From Balanoglossus misakiensis (Eukaryota; Animalia; Hemichordata): a stretch of DNA of 64,000 nt. Within the stretch, counting starts at the first letter, position 1. Each line of letters begins with the position of its first letter. The notes below the pieces were generated by a model. It ran no database searches, was not told the origin of the DNA, and saw nothing but the letters and a program-made list of their open reading frames with translations. Positions 39,201-59,314 of this stretch are shown here, piece by piece. The position numbers and the translations under genes were made by a program. The stretch covers positions 8,481,677 to 8,545,676 of the forward strand of contig CM082592.2 in the NCBI GenBank assembly GCA_040954595.2, read 5' to 3'.

Positions 39201-40069
39201 AGTCCCGCTTTCATGTACAGTTTGGCCAATGCCATATTGACCTTTGGAGTCTTCTGTTTACCTGGAATACTTTCAAGCTGAAAGAAAACAAATGCTGTAT
39301 TGATTCAAAAGTATTTTCCCGTGAAAAGCTTCGGTTTTATTATGAAATGACTACTAGTACTTGCCTCATACTACTCTTAGAGACACTTGACTTTTTGTAC
39401 AGTGATGCTGAACTTCAAACTTTCAACTTACCACACCAACAGCTTCCTTCAGCTGCTTTAGATGACAGTGACATTCGTGAATTCTGTACTTGACGTCTAC
39501 TTCTTGCGGCAGATCTTGTTCTGATGTGACAGTACTTGGTACCCCTCTTGAACGGCTTTTGTTGAGTACTTTCTTCATCTGCAGAGCTCTCCTATAAACA
39601 CTCTGCATTGGGGAGAGATGACATCTGATTTTAACTTCCATTGCCTTGATGACATTAGACTGTTTACCCTGTTGTTTGAATTCTGATGCCAAAGTATAAT
39701 GACTAATAATCTAGGGGAAATTGAGCATACTGACCTCTGCTTTCTTGTATTCTTCTTGGTCATACAAAGCATCACCATACCATACTTGAATTTGATATTT
39801 CTGTGCCATGGTCAGTACATCTGGATTGTGCTCACTGGCTGAGAGGACTAGGTTGGCCTGCGTGTACATGAAAGGTATATAGGTACTGTCAAGGTCGGCT
39901 TTGTACTCAGGAATAGAATGAGAACTGAATGGTGACTGGAATATATACAGACTGCGATTAGATGTCAAATGACAATCGAGTCGTGTCATGTCACTTTACT
40001 CACCACTATTTTGACGTTTGAGTGAAGCCCAGCATCGTGCAATAATTTGACCTGTTCCAGAAGCGACAT
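36253..40069 (-). CDS. ANAPC7: Anaphase-promoting complex subunit 7 (TPR protein), 15 exons
   Basis: MSLLEQVKLLHDAGLHSNVK...QKYQ...EVDVKYRIHEC...TPKVNMALAKLY...ECPMALEA...LRDNTELL...GMDIYAYLL...EPWVAMG...AILHFREAIRIAP...ALDQYSIAL...KAMEGLQKVE...EWPDQE|WFN*. All introns are GT-AG. Confidence 0.95.
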
Positions 40070-40491
40070 GTTGTTATTTCTAGGTTTGTGAAATGCCAGT
40101 AATTGTGTTGTTTCCTCCGCTGTCTCCTGTTTTCGCTTGAGTTCCTGACAACAGTGAGTGACCCGCAGATAACTGGATAAGTCAGCGCGCTAAAGCATTC
40201 GTAGACTGTCTGTTCGTCAACGACATGTACATGTAACTCAGCAGAAATTTTATAATATATACTGTACAATTAAATATTTTCCATATGAGTTTAGGTTTAA
40301 TACTTCAATACTCTGAACATAACATAATATTTCATTACAAGTGTAATTGTTTCAGATAAAATAAGATGAATTTCGACAGTGTTCCAAACCGAATGCACAG
40401 ATTGTAAATAACACCGATGGCCCTTTCTGACCACCTGAACAGTGTTGTGCACGTTTTCCGAGTTTTGGTGTTGAAATTAATCCGCTGGACC

Positions 40492-42006
40492 ATGCTAGAC
40501 GAGCTACCTATTCCGTCGTTGGGAGTAGTGGCCGGCGTTGGATGTGGCCTCGCACTTGGGTGGCTTCTCAGGGGTAAATATGGCGTTCGAACAGTGGCTA
40601 CGTCGGCCGTCAACAATGGGATAGGAACAGAAGTGAGTCTGCTATGTTAATGTAGTAAAAGTAGAACATGAAGTATCCTTATGGAATATCATGAATATGG
40701 GTAGAGCACACACACATGCACTAGTAATGCTGGGCAATAAACTAAGCGCGTTGTGCTAAAACCAAGTTTCACTGTCTTGTAATCACATGGTTTGTATCTC
40801 CATGGATACGTCAAACAATAAATTTATGGCACGTGTACACATGTATTTGGTTGCGTCTTGTCACAATGAACTATTGATTATGCAACTTGAATTTATATCT
40901 TGTATGTGAGTCTGCAACAGCAGCAGTTTCTTTTGTAAGAATGTATTTTTTCTTTCACAAGACACCAAATAATTTACTAAGTATATATAGTACTGATAAT
41001 CATAATTTCAATCAAAAACCACTTTGATTTTGCAGGTGACCACAATGGGTGAATCAGGGGAAAGTAAACTTGTGATTGTAGTACGAACAGATCTCAAAAT
41101 GGGAAAGGGAAAGGTTGCCGCTCAGGTGAGTATAAAGAGAAGGTAGGTGATGGAGACACAGAGGAATGGAATTGAAGTGGGAAGCATTAAAACTGATACA
41201 TGTACATGTGTCATATTTGAGTAGAGCGCCCTCACGTGGTGACCTTGTGTTTGACATTGACATTCTAAGCTGATGAAAAAATTGATGATTTAAAACGGAA
41301 CAATTTTTCAAAGCTATTCTTCATAATCTTTTAGAATACATTGTCTACATGTGTTGCCATTGTATATACAGTAACGCCTGTTTTCTCCGACTTCAGTGTA
41401 GCCATGCAGCTGTGTCAGCATACAAGAAATTAGGGAGGATAAATCCCGAATTGCTGGAAGACTGGGAGTACAGTGGACAACCAAAAGTTGTGGTTAAAGC
41501 ACCCGATGAAGAAACATTGTATGTTTCATGTGTTGTATACTCACTTTATTTAGCTGTTTGAGTCACAAATTGAGTGTTTATGCTTTAGTCATATACATAT
41601 GTTTAAGATTTTCCATTGAGCTCTTTTATTGGCAAAATAAGTATTACCATTGATGTGTTTTTTTTCTATTCCAAACAGGGTAGCATTATTACAACATGCC
41701 AAGATTTATAACCTAGTGACAGCTATTATTCAAGATGCCGGCAGAACACAGATAGCGCCAGGATCCAAAACGGTACTTGCAGTTGGACCAGGTATATTTC
41801 ATACATGTTTATTGATGGAAGTTTCGTCAGTCAGTGACTAATATTTCAAACTCTTGATAGTGTATATTTTGTATGTTTCTACAGCATGGATGTTCTATGA
41901 AGTTAGCATTTATTGAAGAATTGGGTTTTAAAGTAATGTTTTCTTTTCTCTTTCAGGACCAGTTGATCTCGTTGACAAAGTTACAGGTCATCTCAAGCTA
42001 TACTGA
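40492..42006 (+). CDS. PTRH2: Peptidyl-tRNA hydrolase 2, mitochondrial (Bit1)
   Basis: N-terminal [18 protein letters not shown], then [20 protein letters not shown]|[33 protein letters not shown] and [11 protein letters not shown]. Five exons. Confidence 0.97.
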
Positions 42007-42902
42007 TGAGCCGCATGTACATTTCGCTGCTTTGATGAAATTTTATTTGATCACATTTGCTTTAATATACTGCGTAGAATAAATTATGGATTTTTATATA
42101 AGAACCGCCATGTTGTTGTTACTGACAGTTGTTACGGGTCACAATCCTGAAAAAAATGTGGTTTATTATGTGTCTCTTATTTGGATCTAAAGATTTTGAT
42201 GATGGGCTGCACAAAAATGACATTTACAAACTGGTGTTTTGCAACTGAAATAAGAAATTCAGTAAATGGCAGGCCAGTAGGATGTTGTAGGTTTGATTTA
42301 ATTGTAATTTTGGCAAATGCCTTCTGGAACAAAGAAATCTTGTGACAAGTACGTCAAGTGATAGTATTATAGACATTGCCATAGATACACTGCCTCCCAA
42401 TTGACACGCGCATTCTGTTGTATGCCGCCTACTCTAGTAAAAAAAAAAAGAAATGATATAAAAGATCATGTATCTGATATTGGATATATTTTTCTACTTT
42501 TTCAAGATCTTGATGTGAGATTTGTAGTATCTAATAAATATGTGCAACTGTTACATGCCAGTATTCATAACTAGTGTTTTATCATTGTGCTTGATTGTGC
42601 GTGGTTTGCTTCATGTATGTAAAGAAAAGAATTTCTGATCGTCCAAGTTTGCAGAGGACAAAGTGATACCAAGTATACATGATCAGCGCAGTTCCTGAAA
42701 ACGACAGTATCGTAGTACGTTGTATATTGGACACTGGGGGCATGCTAGGCGCTGGTATACTATAATTTTAAATCATAAAGAGAGAGAGAGAGAGAATATC
42801 AATTGTTATCGTATTTTGTTACAATATGTGCCATTAATTTTCATATAGTAACCTATTTTTGATTTTAAAAACGTGCATGTAAAAGTGGGAGTTTTATCCT
42901 GT

Positions 42903-42933
42903 TGACCTCTGACCCCGAAACTCGTACACGTGA
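42903..42933. promoter_or_regulatory. DR1 nuclear-receptor element and CACGTGA E-box immediately upstream of PLBD2
   Basis: TGACCTcTGACCC at 42903-42915 and CACGTGA at 42927-42933, 33-63 nt before the ATG. Confidence 0.35.
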
Positions 42934-42965
42934 TCGATTGACGACTTCAACAACAACAGTTAGCT

Positions 42966-45900
42966 ATGGCTAGGATCGCGATCAGTCTGCTTGTTTTGGT
43001 TTCCGTGTGTCGTGCTCCTCAACCTCCACAGGATCGGCAGGTTGCAAGTGTAATCTTTGACGAGGAGACTAAGAAATGTGTTATCAATAATGTGTATGAC
43101 AAAGACGCCATAGCGAGTGCCGTTTTCACTGACGATATCCAGAACTCGGGGTAAGTAATTGTACAATGGAAAGTCACAAGGCAATCAGCTGACCATCCGT
43201 TCACGAAAACAGAAACAGGAAGTTTGGTGTCGTTGTTCTCATGAACTGTTTGTAAACGGATCTTGTTCTTTTTAACGATATATAAAGGGGTTCCCAATAC
43301 TTTTTCTGTAATTTCTCACTACGAGTGGAAATTAGAAAGTTATGAACCCGATAGATAGAGCCAGATCTCGAATCATGGGGTCATGGTTGTTGTCATGGCT
43401 AGGGCACGTCAATCTGATTAAAATCAATTGTAGAGATAGGTAGCTCTTTCACCTTGACTGGGTCTTTGCTGTTCACTTTCTGCTGCTGTAATTATTAGCG
43501 CAGTGTCATAGATGTTATTTTTATGGAAAATAAGTGCCAAACATTGGGCTACTATTTGTCCTTCGCCAGAGTTTCATAAAGTTAATCAACTTCAGTATGT
43601 GTACAATGTGTTAAGTTTCTGGCCTTGGGTGACCTTGATCATGTTGTCTACTTTTAATATCAGGTGGGCGTACTTGAATTTGACGACTAATCCCAAGTAC
43701 GATGACAGTCTCCAAGCGTATGCAGCAGGGCTTGTGGAGGGACACCTGACAGCCAGCTTGATGTACTATCACTGGATCAATACGCTGTACAAGTTCTGCG
43801 TACAGCCGTCGGATTTCTGCAGTAAGCTGAAGGATTATATAGAGACCAACTTGCAATGGATGACACAGCAAATACAGGAGAATCCCAATGACGACTACTG
43901 GCATCAGGTATGGTTCAACCCCTCCACCCCCCACCCACCCCCCATTGTGCAATGTACTGGTCCGCTGAAAATGGTTGGGTTCAAACTTATACCACCAATA
44001 AAGGTTGAGGTGTATATATTTTTTTTCAGAGTTTTCATCTTACTAATTAAACATTCTTCTTATTTCAGGTAAATCTGACTTTAGTCCAACTTACTGGAGT
44101 AGCAGATGGATTCGATAACTCAAGCAAATCACCAAGGATAGATATAAAGCCATTTGGTTTTCTGTGAGTAAAAACTCTAAATACATTATGTACCATTGAA
44201 TGATTATAAAACCCACTTTTCTTGTAGATCAGTTATGTCAGATGTTTTTAAATGTACTGCTTTTCAACTCTTACAAATTAGATAATTGACAGTTCATTTT
44301 TTTGCGCTCAGATTGTTACAGATAGATGGTGATATGGAAGACTTGCAGGAGGCGTTATCCAATGGGAAGATAAAGCGCCCTCTGGGATCGGGTTCCTGTT
44401 CAGCCCTCATCAAGCTGTTGCCCGGCAACAGTGACCTGTACGTGTCACATGACACCTGGTCTCCTTTCCAGTCGATGCTGAGAATCATAAAGAAGTATGA
44501 TTTGGGCTATCATCTAACTGATGGCACAAGTAAGTTAAGGTCACCTTCTTCAAGATGTAGTGGAGGTCAAAATACTTTGGTATACTATGTAGTAGATAAG
44601 ATTGCTGGCTGAGATCAATGTATTTTGTTTTATTTCAGCAATCCCGGGGAAAACGATTTCCTTCTCATCAAATCCAGGGAGGATATTCTCAGGTGATGAT
44701 TTCTACATCATAGAGTCTGGATTGGTAAGTCACAGCTGGTACCTGCCGAATGGGAAATTTTTTTTATGACTTTGAGTTATTTATCACAGAAAGTTAGTCG
44801 TCTGTTTCCAGTAATACTCATCCTTTTAACATTTCAAACTTTCTTTTGCCTATAAAGGGAATTTTATAGGATGTACATGTAACTAACTAACTTGTTATAT
44901 GACTACAGGTAACCTTGGAAACCACCAACGGAAATAGCAATCCCGCTCTGTGGAAATATGTTCAACCCAAAGGTCAGGTGCTGGAATGGATCCGGAATAT
45001 TGTTGCTAACAGATTAGCCACAAATGGCATGATGTGGGCGGAGATCTTCAGGAAATACAACAGCGGCACGTAAGTTGACCAAACTTCCTCAGGAATATAT
45101 ATATACCAATAGGAGCTAATGGGATCAGTTGATGGCCTATGTGTCTATGTGTCTGTGTGCTTTCATCTTGTATCACTGTGTTGTCCATTCATAATTGAAC
45201 ATATAAAATTCATACGATTCTTTTTTTTTTCTGTAGATACAATAACCAGTGGATGATTGTGGATTACAATAAATTCATTCCAAATACAACTCCACTGAAT
45301 GGTTTGCTGGTCATCTTGGAACAACTTCCGTAAGTTTCTTTATGCATGATAGGGCTGGTTTTGTAATAGAACTGTGGGGCAATACAAGCCTCATTATAAA
45401 ATAAGTATTAAGTAATTTCTTCTTTTTGTTGTGTTAAAGGGGGTTAGTAGTCGCTGAAGATAAAACAGATGTACTGGTCAAGCAGTCCTATTGGCCAAGT
45501 TATAATATACCGTAAGTATAAGATTGCTTCAAGATTTGATGAGAGCAATACAGATATTGGTGTTAGTTGCTTTTACATATACATGTAGTAGCCATGCCAA
45601 GGTGACAATGTAGATACCGGTACATGGTACATAACTGGGTTTACCTTGTAGAGAGAGAAAGATGGGATATCTAATGTTGTCACATTTGTTGACAGGTATT
45701 TCCCAGAAATCTTCAATGCAAGTGGCCAGCCAGCCATGGTTGCACAGTATGGGGATTGGTTTACGTATGACAAGTCACCAAGGGCCCTGATATTCAATCG
45801 TAATCAGAGTCTTGTGAAAGATATGGACTCCATGATCAGATTAATGAGGTAAGTGTGCACATTCTTGAAAGAGAGAGAGTGTTGATTAAAGCATTATGTG

Positions 45901-46443
45901 CCTTGTACACCAGGTCTCACAATTACTTGCTGTTCTCAGTCCAGAAAACCACACTAACGCTATGACTCACAGTATTAACTTCATGATCTTTCACCACTCT
46001 TTATGTCAGATACAATGATTTTCAACACGACGAGTTTTCCAAGTGTAACTGCACACCGCCCTACAGTGGAGAAAATGGCATTTCAGCCAGATCAGATTTG
46101 AACCCGGCCGATGGAACTTATCCGTTTGCTGCCTTAGGACACAGAAGTCATGGAGGCACTGACATGAAGGTACTGTGAGGATACTGCACTGCATTATAAC
46201 AGAATTCCCCCTGTGCCTGTTAAAGTTGCCCTAAAACAGACTGACTGATATTTTTTATTTTCCATCCACCACTAGGTGACCAACTCTACCATGCGCAAGG
46301 AATTCTCCATGATTGCAATCTGTGGCCCGACGCACGACCAGCAGCCAGTGTTTCAGTGGAGCACGTCGGATTTCAGCGACCTGACTCATATGGGGCAGCC
46401 AGATAAATTCGATTTTGATCGAGTGTTCGTCAAATGGAATTGA
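42966..46443 (+). CDS. PLBD2: Putative phospholipase B-like 2 (lysosomal Ntn-hydrolase)
   Basis: Signal peptide, then GWAYL...QAYAAGLVEG, autocleavage site GSGSCSALIKLLP..DLYVSHDTW, SGDDFY, TLETT, YNSGTYNNQW, LEQLP, YWPSYNIPY, MRYNDF, ENGISARSDLN, HGGTDMK and GPT...P.FQW. Confidence 0.95.
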
Positions 46444-47953
46444 TGACACTACCGGTAGCCTGTTCATCTCAGTTATATCACCATCTGCTTCGGCGACAAA
46501 TCAAGTTTAAACAGTATAACCATCCCAATGAAAACAACAGGTGACTCCAACCGTCAAATTTGCGAATAGTGCATGGAATCATAGGTTGATGTGATTTATA
46601 AACAGAATTTCATAACCGCCAATAATTACCTTTCATAAATACCGAGCTGTGTTATGTCAACATACATATGAATAGATAAGTGGTTCAAATTAGTATAAAA
46701 GCTATGTATATGGCTCATTCATAAAGTACACACTTTCTATGAAAATTTGAACCAGGGTTTGCCTATATTTTATTACATTTCGTTGTTTTAGATACTTCTC
46801 TGTATATATGTGTTTTGAATATTTCAGAGTAATACTGAGATACCATTCTTGAATGAGTGCAAAGCATATTGTGCATGTTCTTCCAAACCTTTCTAACTAC
46901 TCCGCATCTTGATTTTAACAACTGTACGTCTGCACATTTTGATTATGTACAGCACTACTATTACGGGTTGGAATGCTTATTCATTGTGTGCATGCAAACT
47001 TGTGTTCTCAAAGGTCTAAGAGTCAAGTGGTTGTGAACGTGTTCATTTGGACATTTACATTTTTTGTTTAACAAAAAAAAAAAAAAAATTAAATGCAGTA
47101 CTAGTTTCACATGTATTTTAACCAGACTTTTTAGAAAGACATTGCAAATTCAGAGAATGGCTTTTAGGCTAGGGAACAAAATTGGAGATAGGTCTAGAGA
47201 ATAAAACATGATGGAGAATAAAACATGTGTTCACATACATGAGCTGATGTCATACTTGTGTTTGTCTGTTGACATGATATCTCAAGAACAGCTGAAACAG
47301 GTTTCGAAATGGCAATTATAACATCCAGTCAAAATATTAAGAATACTACAGTCACTTTTCGTGTACTGTACAAGCTTTGGCACTAGGTGTAACAATAACA
47401 CAAATTATGTAGTACTTCATCTCACAACAACCGGGCCAAGGAAACAATACCAATTGTCTGTCACCAAGGGAATTGTTTATTTCTAACGTAACGTAGCATG
47501 CAATGTATTTAGGCACTGAACATTTGGAACAACCCAGTACATCATGCAAACTAATTAATTAGTCAATGTAACACATCAATGTCTCCAAGAATAAATACCC
47601 GTGTACATAATATTTCAGTTGTCAAAGAACACAAACTAGTATAGGGCACCACTTGGTGAATTTACAAATTTATCATGGTACAATTTGAACATGATTGTGA
47701 CATGCTGGTCCACATCACAAGAAATACTCAATGATGTTACCAAAATGTATTATTACTAACATTTCACTAAGACCTACAATTATGGAATGTGTATGTTGTT
47801 TTATTCTCTTCACCCCCATTTCTTCCCACTTGGTTGCATCCTTGCTGGTGAACACAGCTGGGTGAAACCACTGTGTGAACCCTGAAGGGTGGAAGAGACT
47901 TCTCGATTTCATGTTGATTTCCCTGCTGAGTTGAATGAATTGGCTCTGGTTAT

Positions 47954-49153
47954 TCAATTCTCTTTGAGCGCCCGAGTGAGCTCTGCAAAATCCGTCACAA
48001 ACCACTTGGCTTGCTCTTTGACCTTTGCCCTGATCTGGTTCCCTCCAAAACCAATGAAAGCGTCCTGAAAGAGACCAACACTGTAGGAATCAGTCACTGT
48101 GCATGTAACCGTGGACACACGATGGCTTTGATATCTCTCCAGGTTTTTTTTTACTTAAAAATTGTGAAATGTATAAAAATCTTGAGATGTGTAAATGTCT
48201 GAATGATTAAAACAATTTCAAGAGGATAAGTTAACATTACTTACAGCAGGTGGGCAAGCTTCCAGATCAGTGGCACCATCGCCTATCACCACCAGGTTTT
48301 TGTATCCAAATGTCTTCTTGATGGTCCCTGCCACTTCAGGCTTGCCCCCCTCTCTTGAAGTGGGCTGATCCTCATCAAAGCCAGCATACTCACCATTGAA
48401 ATAAAACTTTAATCTATTGCAGTATAATCTCTCACTGGGAATTTCTAGTATTCTAGCCATTGGTTCAATGATGGTCTGCAGTCCACCTGACACTAGGTAC
48501 ACATGGCAGTTGCGGGAATGTAGAACTTTGACCAGCTCTCTGGGGAGAAAAATAATGATCTATAAATAACAGGATTTATTTTACCAGACATCAGAGGGAC
48601 ATGCTCATCTTTTAGCCCAAGAAAATTGTTGCAATTAAAGAAAAATTTAACCCTTTCACCACCATGGTTTGGTCCAAATCCACTGTTTTCTACAGCAAAG
48701 GTGGACATCTACAGAGGGAAACAGGGGTGAAAGGGTAAATACTATGAAAAAGTGAATACTTACTGGACTCCCTTGGTAAACCTGGGTGGATGCTCTTTTA
48801 CAAACTGTTCCAGTTTCTGTCTTGATGGTTTGATGATGTCAAGTCTTGCACGGAGTGTTTCCCGATACGAGATGGTACCATCCATGGCTTTGACAGTCCT
48901 GATGGTTGTAGAACAAACACTAATTAGTTTTTGTCAGCCTATCTAGTGTGCATGGGCTCGAAATGATAACCACCCTTCTCCCAACTTTTAAAACCCTTTT
49001 CCACGAAACCTACCAAGCTGCTACTTCCTTGCCTTTGTCCAGGTAGGCAGCTAGTTCATCGATGCCCTCATCAATGACAACTGTGCTGTCAACATCAAAG
49101 CACACAGCATCCGCTTTCTTCCAAATCTCCTTTGTGTCATCCAGTGTTGCCAT
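47954..49153 (-). CDS. PSPH: Phosphoserine phosphatase (HAD family), 4 coding exons, with a likely 5'UTR exon ending near 49609
   Basis: ADAVCFDVDSTV..EGIDELA, LVSGG, NRLKFYFNGEYAGFDEDQPT, GGK, IGDGATDLEACPPA|DAFIGFGGN. Confidence 0.97.
48647..48739. mobile_element. About 90-bp piggyBac-type MITE in a PSPH intron
   Basis: TTAA-CCCTTTCACC...GGTGAAAGGG-TAAA, with an interior homologous to the copy at 53562. Confidence 0.75.
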
Positions 49154-51202
49154 GGTAACTGTTGTATGGGAAACCTTCTTCACTTGATGCAAGTGACTGT
49201 AAAATGGCGGCGGTTTCAGCTCTCTTGAAAGTAGTACTCTGTGTTTTCTTCTCAAGAATGTGAAAAGTTGGTCATATGCACATCTACTCGACTTGTGCAT
49301 GTACCCCTGGTTTAAAAAAAAAGATCAAGTCGTTATACTATACCAAAGTTTCGTGATATATATGTTTCATTACAGATACCCGAAAATATATGTACATACA
49401 CATGTATACAGACTGACAGTACTCATACATTTCATAGTAGAATCACATTAATAGATTTGTCAATGGACCCGTGTTGCAGTGTAGTACATGTACATAAATT
49501 ATTCTCATTGATCCAGTTACTGGCACACCATTCTACAGCCCTACATTACCACATGGACTGTTCTGGGCCCAGTTTGAACACTTTGATTATAACAGGCATG
49601 AGTACTCACCTGCAGTTCCGGAAAGTGTTCTGTATTGAATTTATAGACAGCTTCAGATACTGAAGCTTGACAACGTGGGGTCGTCGGAAATTTCCGGTCA
49701 CAAGTCAATGGTCACGTCTTTCACATGGAGGTCGCCATTTAAAAAAGTTTCTACCGCAGAGGGCGCTCGTCTAAACTGCTCGCCAAAGCTTCGTGTCACA
49801 TTTCATTCATACGACTAGATAATTACGCATGATGACAATTATTTGTTTCCAGTCTTTATTAACACACAAAACAACCTCATTACATGGCAGAGTGGTTTGA
49901 CCATCATCTGCACCAGGGTCAACACCATGGATCAGTTTCAAAATACAACGCAGCAAGCTATCAAATCACTTGATACAGAATCAGTCAAATACAAGAATAA
50001 TGTGGGATATTCTGAAAAAAAAAAAATTGAAACAGAACATTTTCCTGCATTTAACCCGTTTATTATTATTTCCTGTCAGCAAGCCCAACTTCACCACAGT
50101 TACACTGGGATAGAAAAGATTATTAACTCCCTTTCAAACCTTTAACGCTGTATCTATTGGTCATTCGATCTTCTGAATGACAGATCACAGGTATAGGGCT
50201 CTTTCTGCAAACAATCTTTTCATTGTTCAGAATCTAACACCTAACATCTTGTACATATCAAACAGGTAGACATACAGTACTAAATGTTGCAGCAAAGTAT
50301 AACCAGTAATGTGGACCCACTCATGCCATTAAAACAGTGGAGACATGCAAAGAATTATGGATACTTCGGAATAAAATACAATGTAGCTAAACTAAATATA
50401 TTCCTCAAAGAACATCTATATCTGTGAGATGTTTTATCGTCTTGCTTTTCAGTGGACTAGCTCTGTCAACTCTACTTGGGCCACACTTTTGGGCAACAAG
50501 GTATACCGTCATGTGCAAATGGTACACACATTGAACAGAATGGACGACTCACCCCTCTAGCTTTAGGGAAACTCCCCCACATAGTGTCGCAGCTAGGTCA
50601 TACGGTTAGGGTTCAAAAGTTTAACCAGTGTTACTAGCCTTGGGGTGACACTGTGTTGTGTCGGTTTTTGTGTGTCTGGGTGATTTTCCACTGACAGATT
50701 AATAGAATTGTTGACAGAAACAGGCCAGACTCGACTCCATCGACCTAGACAAAAACAACTCGTTCCTCGGTAAAATACAACAAATACAATTATCAGTATT
50801 GTTCTTTCAGCTGCACTTTGGATTTTTTTTAAAACAAACAAACATAAAACAACAAAAACTATAATCTTCAATACACTGGGTATCTGCTTTACAAGCTACA
50901 CACGACAATTCTGTAATGCCACTATCAATGGGGGCTTGGAAGGATGCTCCACTGCTCAGTACCAAAAATTCTCTCCAAAAATGATCATTAGCCTCTCGAA
51001 AAAACACCCCAAAACAGAACACAAAGCAAAGGCGAACAATTGATGACAGATTTTTCAAAAATCAGAAAAAATGTGACATTTCTTACAACTGTCTTTAAAG
51101 CATTTGTATTGCTGTCTTTGTCAAAGATATGTTTGTTTTTTTAAGAATTTACACATCTATCGTTTCTGCAATTGGGTTGCTGGTTGAGCATTTGTGACGG
51201 GT

Positions 51203-57489
<6,287 letters not shown>

Positions 57490-58144
57490 TTTTATTTGCG
57501 TTTGGAGTTGAAATGGCCAAAACGGAGCGTCGTACCGCACGGCACACTACAATGTTGTCAAATGACACATGCTTTCATTACGCTTGTCAACATATACTTA
57601 TGCCAGAAAAGGCAGCCGCACACTTAGTAACCTAGCATTTCATTGGTTCAAATGTGGGCGTCGGCTTTGGAACATACAACTTTACTATCACTGATATAAA
57701 AAGCTTCCCGGGGAAAGTATGAAAAGTTACACAGAATTTCAGGACAAAGTATATTATTTTTGGTGCATGATTGTGTACCTTTTGGTAGAAAATATAATGA
57801 TTAAACCAGGACAACAAACGTTATCGCCATACTTTTGGCCAATCACAAATAGCGTACTAGAGATACCGGCACATTGCCTGAAGTAAAACGAACCCATCCT
57901 CGAATACTTCCGTAAATACATTTGCTGCAAGCTTCTGCATTTGTTAATGTGTTGGATATTTAAGGACAAAATCTCACTTCTGTACTCATATGATTACATC
58001 TGATACTGGAAATTCTTTGTTAGCTTCGTCTATCAAAAGTGATATCGTCTATGTTCTGGACGAAGGTGAAGAATCGGTCATGTGATTAATATGTAAATAG
58101 GAAGCCTACCTGTGAACTTTGTACAGCAATTCTTACATGGCGGT

Positions 58145-59314
58145 ATGTTTGTTCGCAATGTGCTGATTACTGGTGCTAACCGTGGTCTTGGTTTGGAATT
58201 TGTGAAGCAGTTCATAGTGTCATCAGAACCTCCTGGGAATGTGTTTGCAGCGTGTAGATCTCCGGAAGACGACAATGCGAAGGTGGTATTTTGGGTGTAC
58301 TTTTATGGTACGCTTGTCTCCAGTAATGTTGTGGCGTACGAGCTGGACTCGCGTCGGCTATCGACACACATTTCACTTCATATGCAAATGTTTATGCAAA
58401 TTAATCAATACTTTCCCAAGATACTGTGCACAGATGCGTAGAACGTTCTCATATTGATTACTGAGAACACGTTGCCTGATTTTAAGGGGGTTGGATTGAA
58501 AAAAACTAGTTCAATACAAGGCAAAACCTCGAGCTACATTACTGCAGCAGATACAGTGTGCGAAAGTTTCCCGGTCACCAGGATTCAATGTTGTGACCCC
58601 GCCCCTCTTTAAAAATATGAAAGTACATTGGCCGCAGCATATGATTCTGACTGTGATCTTTTAAAAGTAGTCTGGAAAAACTGATCAGACTTTATTAAGG
58701 GTGGTAGATGATGCTGACATACCCGATGACCGCCCAAGGTCACTGGGTCACTATGCGCGTCATTCAGAAAACAATGTGCTGGGATTCAAAAGTTAATAAT
58801 GCATTAAAAGCTGGAGCAGACTTTGAACATTTAATATCTTTATGGTGTACTGTTTATTACAAGTCCAATTAAACTCAGACTGAGTTTCTTTGCATTCTGA
58901 TAACGGATTGATTTACTGGGACATGATGATATTAAAAAGAGATTTGGAATTTGTGGTTGTTTTGTATGGGGTGACCTCAGTTCATTCAGTCACTTGACCC
59001 CATTTTCAGGTCATTGGAGTTTGAGTACTGAAGAGAATGGCACCAATACCATACGTGTTGCTGTTCACATCATAGAAACCACATAGCAACCACATTCACA
59101 TGAAAGAGAGCTCAGAAAGCTCTTCTGAGGGTTAATGATGTTATAGTACCTGTAGTATGCATGGGCTCTGCTTTTTACTGAATATTGATAGAACATTGTT
59201 TCTAAAATTATAAATTCATCCGATTTTCTTGAATAACTTCATATTTTTCTGTCAAAATACAGGAACTACAGCAGCTAGCATCTCAGAACCCAACAGTTAA
59301 AGTACTGCAATTGG
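58145..59314 (+). CDS. Short-chain dehydrogenase/reductase (C-factor/sniffer-like), first two coding exons; the rest was not found in the window
   Basis: Exon 1 (58145 to about 58282) gives NVLITGANRGLGLEFVKQF...VFAACRSP with the TGxxxGxG Rossmann motif. Exon 2 (59263-59314) gives ELQQLASQNPTVKVLQL followed by GTGAGT. Confidence 0.85.
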
